Below, in pieces: positions 58,375-64,000 of a stretch of 64,000 bases of DNA. Where the stretch lies: NCBI GenBank assembly GCA_951406725.2, contig OX597815.1, positions 96,906,001 through 96,970,000 on the forward strand, written 5' to 3'. The number at the start of each line of letters is the position of its first letter. The first letter of the stretch is position 1. This DNA is from Octopus vulgaris (taxonomy: Eukaryota). The translations under genes and the position numbers were made by a program. The notes under the pieces are model-generated. The model was not told the origin of the DNA and made no database searches. It worked only from the letters and a program-made list of their open reading frames with translations.

Positions 58375-58377
<3 letters not shown>
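58095..58377 (-). mobile_element. Family H repeat (best preserved copy) in (TA)n
   Basis: Matches 26191-26378; (TA)n on both sides. Confidence 0.75.
58194..58231 (-). ncRNA. Minimal hammerhead-like motif with A6U core variant
   Basis: UCUUU-CUGUUGA-A-GAGC(GUAG)GCUC-GAAA-CG-UU-AAAGA. Confidence 0.55.
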
Positions 58378-59010
<633 letters not shown>

Positions 59011-60137
59011 ATAAATATGTATGTACGTTTGTATATTTATATATGTGTATTAAATTACATCTCCGGTGAGTTAACTTGGGATTCCTTGGTAACAATATAA
59101 CCTTCATTAATTTAGGCTATCTTCAGTCTGATGAGTAGCTAGTGAAGTACCCCACGTTGTGTAGTTATCACTTCCGAGGATCAGCGTGCTTGGAGACGCC
59201 TGGACTTTACCTGCTCCATTCCCACAAGTTGTATATTCATTCGCATTCATAGCTAATTTAGTTGCTAACCGTGAACTATAAAAGCAATTTTTTTTCAGTT
59301 TATGGAACTTCGATATGGGAAAAGCCTAAAACATTCTATGCCATTAAAGTATAATTGTTCTTGAACGTTGGTTTACATGCCCGCCACGTACTGCTCGAAG
59401 ATTACTAACTTACTACACCTAGAGCCTTGGGTCTTACAATAGCATATCTTCCACACACACACAAACACACGCAATCAAGCACACACACACAGAGGAACAC
59501 ACACACACACACACATAATATATATATATATATATATATAGTTTTAAAGATTTCAGAATTAAATAGGTGCCTAAACAGTTGTTTAGTACACTTGTATTTG
59601 ATTCTGACGTACCCTATAAGTTATGGTGTGAAATACATTCTAACTCTTCAATGTAAGCATTACTCAAGAAATGTTTAAGAATTGTAATGGCCATCAAAAC
59701 TTATAAGAGCAAGTGGTGGATTTCTAACATCCTAAACGGAGCTATCACCGATTTTGAAAGTGTTAATAAAGCCATGGTTTTTATCCCAAACAAAACGAAA
59801 GTCATAATCAGCCCAACGTTTACTTCATATTTATACGATATTATTTCAAAATAAAACAATTATATTTTCCTGATTATGCTTCCCACACACAATACAATTA
59901 CTATCCTAGTTTAATGTAAATGCGTATTTAAAACACAAAACTCATAATGAGATACAAAAGAAAAATATCATCAAATTCTGTCAACATTTTGACTAAACAG
60001 AAAAAAATATTATTCATTTAACAACTTAAACGCCAAATATTTTTTGAAGATTTCATTCAAGACATAAATTTCCCTATATAAATGATTTTTTTTAAACATC
60101 ATCAACACATCTGTATCTCCTCCAGGAATATAGAATA

Positions 60138-62459
60138 CTAGCACTATGACCTGGCGTTGCCGGGTCTAGTGCTAGTCGAGCACAAAAAGGCTATTTTTAC
60201 GCCCCAAAATTGGGGTCAAACTGCAGCAGATGATTTAAATAAGTGTTAATTGATGAGTTGTTCGGCAAATATATGACCGGGCAACCAAAATAAAAGTGAT
60301 AGGTAAAGTGGAATTTTATGAACAAAACTTGCGTTCATTAACCGAGCCACGAAGCGTAATTATGAAAAGCGTTTGAGTTTGGGTGCCAAAGCATTCATCC
60401 CCACTATTACTTAGCGCATTGAATCCTAATGGATTCAATCTAGTACGCGCAAATCCAAGGTCAAATGTTTACGTATGTCCCTCAGCAGCATTGGCCAGTA
60501 CACTCACGCACGCACGCATACACGCACACGGTCAATGTCATATGCAGTGCTACGTTCACACACATACGCGCACAGGATGACAAACTCTCTATGCGGGAAA
60601 ACGCTTTTTGTGGTGTTTGATGCACGAGCTAATTAATTAGCGGAGACTGGATTCAAGTTAGCAAAACATAGGGCATTTGTGAAGTGGTAAAACCCAATCA
60701 ATTTGCGGTAGCAAATAAAGAGCTTATTATGTGGAGGTTAAGGCTAAGAGAAAGTGGTTGTAATTCAATTTGAATGGGGAAGCTCGTAAGGGATTGTCAT
60801 GAGCAACCTCCAATCAAATTAAGATTTCACGCACCATAAGTAATAACCTGAGTACCCTTTTCACCTGTTATGTAGATAGCGAACGATTCGACCTCAGGCT
60901 GTATGCGAACTCAACAAACGATGGTTATGTGTAATTTCAACATCACTCTGTGGTGCGGTTAAATTCGAGTTTTTCGCTTTCTTCTTCTTCCTATTTTGTC
61001 CGACTATGACATGTGCGCAGTCCTGCTAACAGAAAGCATTATATCATGTGCTTGTTCCGGGGTTTCAATAATAAGTTCTCACTTAATCAAAGTAGTGCAG
61101 AAACACTGTATGGCTCGTGAGTTCTGGCCTTGAATTGTCTCAGGTACCGGCGTGCTTCTGTTTGGTTAGCTATAAAATGAGGTGAGAACAAAACTCAGGC
61201 TTTTTACAGATAAAGTTTGTTTAATTTTGTGCTTAATCCATTTCTTTGTTTTCGGAAAAAAAGGTTCACCTTTCCATCGCATATGTTTTTAACGCGTTTG
61301 AGTGAGCCTCTGCAGAATCTGAGCCCACCCAGAGGTGCAGCTGCACTGGGTAATTAATCATCGCAAATTTGACGGCTTTGTTTGTGGGAGCATATTAGAA
61401 AATCGATAAAGACCACCATGAAAGCAAACGTTCACCAACAAAATGAAATGAATAATCAGGGCTCAGAAAGTTTTCAAATTTCCTTGCGAGCGGAAAAATT
61501 TAACTGGAAATTAACTAGCATCTCAATTTTCACTCGTATCTCAAAACACAAAAGCGTGAAATTTAGCTTAAGAAAATCTTTTTATCCTAGGTCATTCGTA
61601 TCGCAAGTTAGGGCTAAAAAAAAGGTCGCAGCCAATTTAAATGTGGAAACAAGGAAGGAATAGTTTTATTGAGTTTCCACTGATTGATTGGCGATTTTGG
61701 TAAACTCGAATCAAATTAAAATTTGTTGCACCAAAAGGATCATCCTGAAAACCCTATACCCCTGCTATGTAAGTAGCAAATGATTTGATCGTAGGCTGAA
61801 TGCAAACAAATAAACGAGTTTTTTTTATTAAAATCCATTGCGGGGGGGGGGACTTACCCCTTTTCATGTTTAATCCTATTTGAATAAAACATCCTGAGCT
61901 TTCGCTGGATAACTTAAATCAACCGAAAGCATAAAAGTAAACCTCTTCCTAAATAGATTCATTGAATAGGCTCCAACTCTTTTATGGCATACGTAAGGAA
62001 TGATAGCATATCAAGCATATTTGGTCTTTCATGAAAATCCCGCTCTCTTGTCATCCACTTGGCCTAACTCATTATTTATTAACGCATGGGTGATACAGAC
62101 TTTCTACCAACGCGCACGCGCATTCAACTGTCAAGGGTAGAATTATCTCCGTACAATAAATAAAACAGCTTGCAGTCTATTGGCGTATCTAGCTGTACGC
62201 ACGCATCGCGTACAGATTTCTATGTTTTAGCGATTTTGAATGGATATGCCCATAACCTATGGGCATAAGGGGTCGGTTTATCTACTTTTAATGACTTTCT
62301 GGGGTGACTGGGGAAATGAAAAGATCTTCACGACCACCCTCAGACAGTTTTGAAAGCCCGTAGATAACGCGAGCCTTTTATATGAAAAACTGTGGATTTG
62401 TATACAGAACACACAGACACACGGATACACATACATTTAGTCGTTTATAGAAATGGAGA
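60138..62459 (-). mobile_element. Non-autonomous Helitron-like element, ~2.3 kb
   Basis: Minus strand begins A|TCTCCATTTCTATAAACGACTAAATG followed by (TG/TC)-type short repeats. It ends with a GC-rich hairpin GACCCGGC-AAC-GCCAGGTC, then ATAGTG-CTAG|T, i.e. insertion between A and T with no TSD. No RepHel coding remnant seen. Confidence 0.75.
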
Positions 62460-62520
62460 TATTAATTCCCTTGCAGAATTATTCGTAGACCGAAACAATT
62501 AACTATACAAAGGAATTAAT

Positions 62521-62720
62521 ATTTTTCTACTCTAGACGCAAGCCCGAAATTTTGGGGGATGGGACCAGTCAATTAAATCGACTCCAGTACGCAAATGGTC
62601 CTTAATCTATCGACTCAGAAAGGATGAATGGCAAAGTCGACCACGGCGGAATTTGAACTCAGAACGTAAAGACGGACGAAATGATATTAAGCATTTCGCC
62701 TAGTGTACTAACAATTTTCT
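62521..62720 (-). mobile_element. tRNA-derived SINE (family B)
   Basis: GGATGAATGGCAAAGTCGACCACGGCGGAATTTGAACTCAGAACGTAAAGACGGACGAAATG is a diverged reverse complement of 25610-25680. Confidence 0.8.
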
Positions 62721-63426
62721 GGTTAGACATAACATTTTTCTTTGAGGTAAAGACACATAAGACGAAAACGCACAATATGGAGGGAACACTCCTTATCTTC
62801 GTTGATAAACTTTATCAACGACGTGACAGTTTTCAGTGGAGCTCTCTTTGTTAAATGCAATATGACAGGCTATGATTCTGATTTGCAATGAACTTTTTCA
62901 TCTTTCTTCACATCTCGGAGGATACGAAGCATGTCAGCACCGCAAATCATCTTAATCTACTGAAGCTATAGGAATAAAAAGAGAAAAACAGTATTTCTTT
63001 CAAGAAATTGGGAGCAAAAGGGACAAAGTGTCATCACTTTCATCTCTATTATATGAGGGAAATATAACGTCGTCATAAAATAAAATCGAGATTCAAAATG
63101 CCCAAGCAATTTGGAAACTGACGCTATATTGAAATTCTAAATTTATCAACATTCGATGCATGCCATGACAAAAGGTAAGCTCATTTTCATGCGCAAGACG
63201 CTCCTGCAAGACACTGTGTTATCAACGAAAAAATATTAAAGAAAACAAAAACGTTGAAAGTTTCAACAACCTAATGTTTTATTTTTTTTTTTTTAATTCA
63301 ATATATCTTATATAATTTCTCGTGAGGTGGAAATTTCAATGTTTCAGCTACTGAATCCAACTGCACTGGAGTGCATTAAATAAAAATATCACACACGCAA
63401 TGTATAAATCTTTCTCTCTATATATA

Positions 63427-63476
<50 letters not shown>

Positions 63477-64000
63477 AAATATATATATATATATATATAT
63501 ACATATACACGTGCACAAATATTTGTGAATACACACATGTATATGTAAATATGTATGTCTGTGAATGTGCATGTATACGTATAGGAATGTATTCATGTGC
63601 ATACATGCATACATATACATACATATAATTCTCAAATTTAAAACAAATCATTTGGTTAAATACTGTTGAAATAAAGCTGAAAGTTTGCATGAAAATATCT
63701 ACACCTGATATAAATTGTCTTTTTTAGGAGAATAAATCAAATTTTCTTCGAAGATAATCACTGAGAATTTTAAACAAACAACAGATAACTTGTAATCATC
63801 ACATGAAAATTATTTAAACGAACTACATAACAAAATGTTATCTGGAAACCAAAAAAAATACATAAGCGCTTAAAGATTTCGTCTTATTTAATGTAACAAA
63901 ACAGAATATCATTCTCTTTTGAAAAGAAAATATATTATGTACGTGCACTTTGTAAATATGTCGAAATGTTTAACCTGTGTGTTAGCAATTAATAATTTGT

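Noticed and set aside
59125-59160. CTGATGAG-TAGCTAG-TGAAGTAC hammerhead-like string
   Set aside because: GAAA is broken and no stem I partner was found.

Overview
Eukaryotic, very AT-rich, microsatellite-saturated genomic DNA. The SINE/LINE repertoire looks like coleoid cephalopod (Octopus-like); this is inference from recall, not a search. Only one host coding exon is supportable: 21668-21815 (+), a signal peptide ending LPRTIRVG at a phase-1 GTAAGT donor. It resembles exon 1 of a kainate-type ionotropic glutamate receptor and is followed by an intron of at least 42 kb. The rest is transposon debris: mariner remnants, CR1-group, Tx1-like and R4/Dong-like LINEs, a Penelope GIY-YIG fragment, tRNA-derived SINEs and a 2.3 kb non-autonomous Helitron. 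Almost all short ORFs in the track are microsatellite artefacts. The most interesting signal is a set of small elements carrying minimal type I hammerhead-ribozyme motifs: a young 445-bp unit with a perfect 123-bp terminal redundancy (retrozyme/circRNA-like), an inverted-repeat element with hammerhead motifs in both arms, and a three-copy family with a non-canonical core. Retroelement families also appear to partition among different microsatellites ((TA)n, (TAA)n, (TATC)n, (TACA)n). All structures and alignments were read by eye.
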